From sequence record NC_048037.1: a DNA stretch of 37,311 bases; one strand, 5' to 3'. The notes below the pieces were generated by a model. That model was not told the origin of the DNA. It did no database searches and was given only the letters and a program-made list of their open reading frames with translations. Below, in pieces: positions 35,933 through 37,311 of this stretch (position 1 is its first letter; every line of letters starts with the position of its first letter). Position numbers and translations under genes: made by a program.

Positions 35933-36928
35933 TCAAATATAACTTTCACATGTATCGTGTTCACGCAAACACTTTTTTATATTCATTAAATCAAAGTCAA
36001 CCATCTTATGTACAAGCTCCTTAAATTTAGTTTTGGGTTTCCACCCTAACTTTTGTTCCGCTTTTGAATAATCTCCAACCAGTTTTTCAATATCCAAGGG
36101 ACGATAAAACTTCTCATCCATATATACGTAATGCCACCATTTCAAACCGACATAATCAAATGCTTCCTTAACGAAATCTAAAACCATATGGCTCTCCCCG
36201 GTGGCAATAACATAATCATCCGGCTCCTTTTGTTGCATCATTAAGTAGATAGCCTCGGTGTATTCAGGGGCATAACCCCAGTCCCTCTCATACGCTAAAC
36301 GACCTAATAATAACTCTTTCTGTAACCCGTGAACAATCTTAGCCACACCTATGGTAATCTTTCTCGTAACGAAATCCGAACCCCTTAACTCGGACTCATG
36401 GTTAAAGAGGATTCCATTAACGCAAAACATGTTATAAGCTTTCCTATACATCTTAACGAGATGATATGAAGCGAGTTTACTTATACCGTAAGGGCTGACG
36501 GGATTAAAATTAGTTTGCTCATTACATTTACTATCACAGTTCCCGTACATCTCACTTGAACCCGCAAAGTAGAATTTTATCCCTTTATCATATTGTCTGA
36601 TAGCCTCCAATAAATTAAGCGTTGAAATGGTATTAGTATCAAAAGTAACTTGAGGGTTATTAAAACTGACATGAACATGTGATTGTCCTGCTAAATGATA
36701 AACTTCATCCGGATCTGCAGTTTCAATTATATTCCTTAACGCGATGGAATCCGTAACGTCTGCGGTTATAATGTTCACACGGTCAACAATACCAAGGTAT
36801 TTCAACCTCCAAAGGTTACTTGTACTTGTCCTTCTTGCGATACCGTATACGGTATAACCCTTATCCAAGAGTTGTTTAGCTAAAAAACTACCGTCTTGAC
36901 CGGTAATACCAGTAATTAACGCTTTCAT
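35933..36928 (-). CDS. gmd: GDP-mannose 4,6-dehydratase
   Basis: GITGQDG, LAGQSHV, AGSSEMYG, SPYGISK (YxxxK), GILFNHES.RG.DFVTRKI, RDWGYA. Confidence 0.96.
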   Translation of the reverse strand: MKALITGITGQDGSFLAKQLLDKGYTVYGIARRTSTSNLWRLKYLGIVDRVNIITADVTDSIALRNIIETADPDEVYHLAGQSHVHVSFNNPQVTFDTNTISTLNLLEAIRQYDKGIKFYFAGSSEMYGNCDSKCNEQTNFNPVSPYGISKLASYHLVKMYRKAYNMFCVNGILFNHESELRGSDFVTRKITIGVAKIVHGLQKELLLGRLAYERDWGYAPEYTEAIYLMMQQKEPDDYVIATGESHMVLDFVKEAFDYVGLKWWHYVYMDEKFYRPLDIEKLVGDYSKAEQKLGWKPKTKFKELVHKMVDFDLMNIKKCLREHDTCESYI

Positions 36929-36974
36929 AATAAGTACTACACAAAAGTGAAATAAAAAGATAACGCAAAAGGAA

Positions 36975-37311
36975 GGTTTTTTTCGGGCATAAATGTGGAA
37001 GATACGGGGGGTTGGTATAGAAAAAATAAGGGGGGGAATTCGCGTGAAAAAAACGTGGGGTGGCGTAAAATGGTCGCGAAAAATACGTGCGTAAAAGTGA
37101 AGAAAATGTATATAGGGTTGGGGTTCGCGTTATTGGGACGAATGATAAATAGAAAATAGTGCCGAATGATAAATATAAAATTGACGTAAGAAGTTCTAGA
37201 AAATTGATATTTGATGTGGGGAGTTCTAGGTGTTAAATCGTGGGATGTTCTATGCAATGGTTAAGGATTTTATTGATGTTCTAACGAACATATGAATAAA
37301 ATTAATTTTGC
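36975..37311 (-). repeat. Right terminal inverted repeat (337 bp)
   Basis: Reverse complement of 1-337. Confidence 0.97.

Larger units (their letters stand above)
1..37311. mobile_element. Complete linear genome of a filamentous archaeal virus (Ligamenvirales; probably Sulfolobus filamentous virus 1)
   Basis: Terminal inverted repeats, paired SIRV-fold capsid genes, several glycosyltransferases, two SF2 helicases, Cas4-like nuclease, Sulfolobales-type TATA boxes and GGTGA SD sites. Virus name is from recollection of length, TIR and MCP sequences. Confidence 0.93.

Overview
The window is a complete linear dsDNA genome of a filamentous crenarchaeal virus (Ligamenvirales, lipothrixvirus-like). 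It has exact 337-bp terminal inverted repeats (1-337, 36975-37311) and two adjacent SIRV-fold major capsid protein genes (13627-14639). Length, TIR size and capsid sequences match my recollection of Sulfolobus filamentous virus 1 (SFV1); BLAST should confirm this. Recognisable genes: two SF2 helicases, a GHKL ATPase, two GT-A and four GT-B glycosyltransferase-like genes, GDP-mannose 4,6-dehydratase, a Cas4-like nuclease, RHH/wHTH/AbrB/Zn-finger regulators and a block of virion-end proteins. Main observations beyond the ORF track: (1) a GT-B paralog whose N-terminal domain is reachable from the coupled ATG only by a -1 shift on an in-phase U_UUU_UUA heptamer; (2) a fully overprinted gene pair at 12484-13388; (3) a compact AEP primase-polymerase-like gene in a replication cluster; (4) a GHKL ATPase fused to a HExxH metalloprotease-like domain; (5) six paralogs resembling caudoviral tail-fibre anchor domains, beside tape-measure-like 11-residue repeat proteins; (6) several unlisted small genes, overlapping divergent promoters, apparent absence of GGCC and a position-dependent strand skew. 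All family assignments are by eye; no searches were run.
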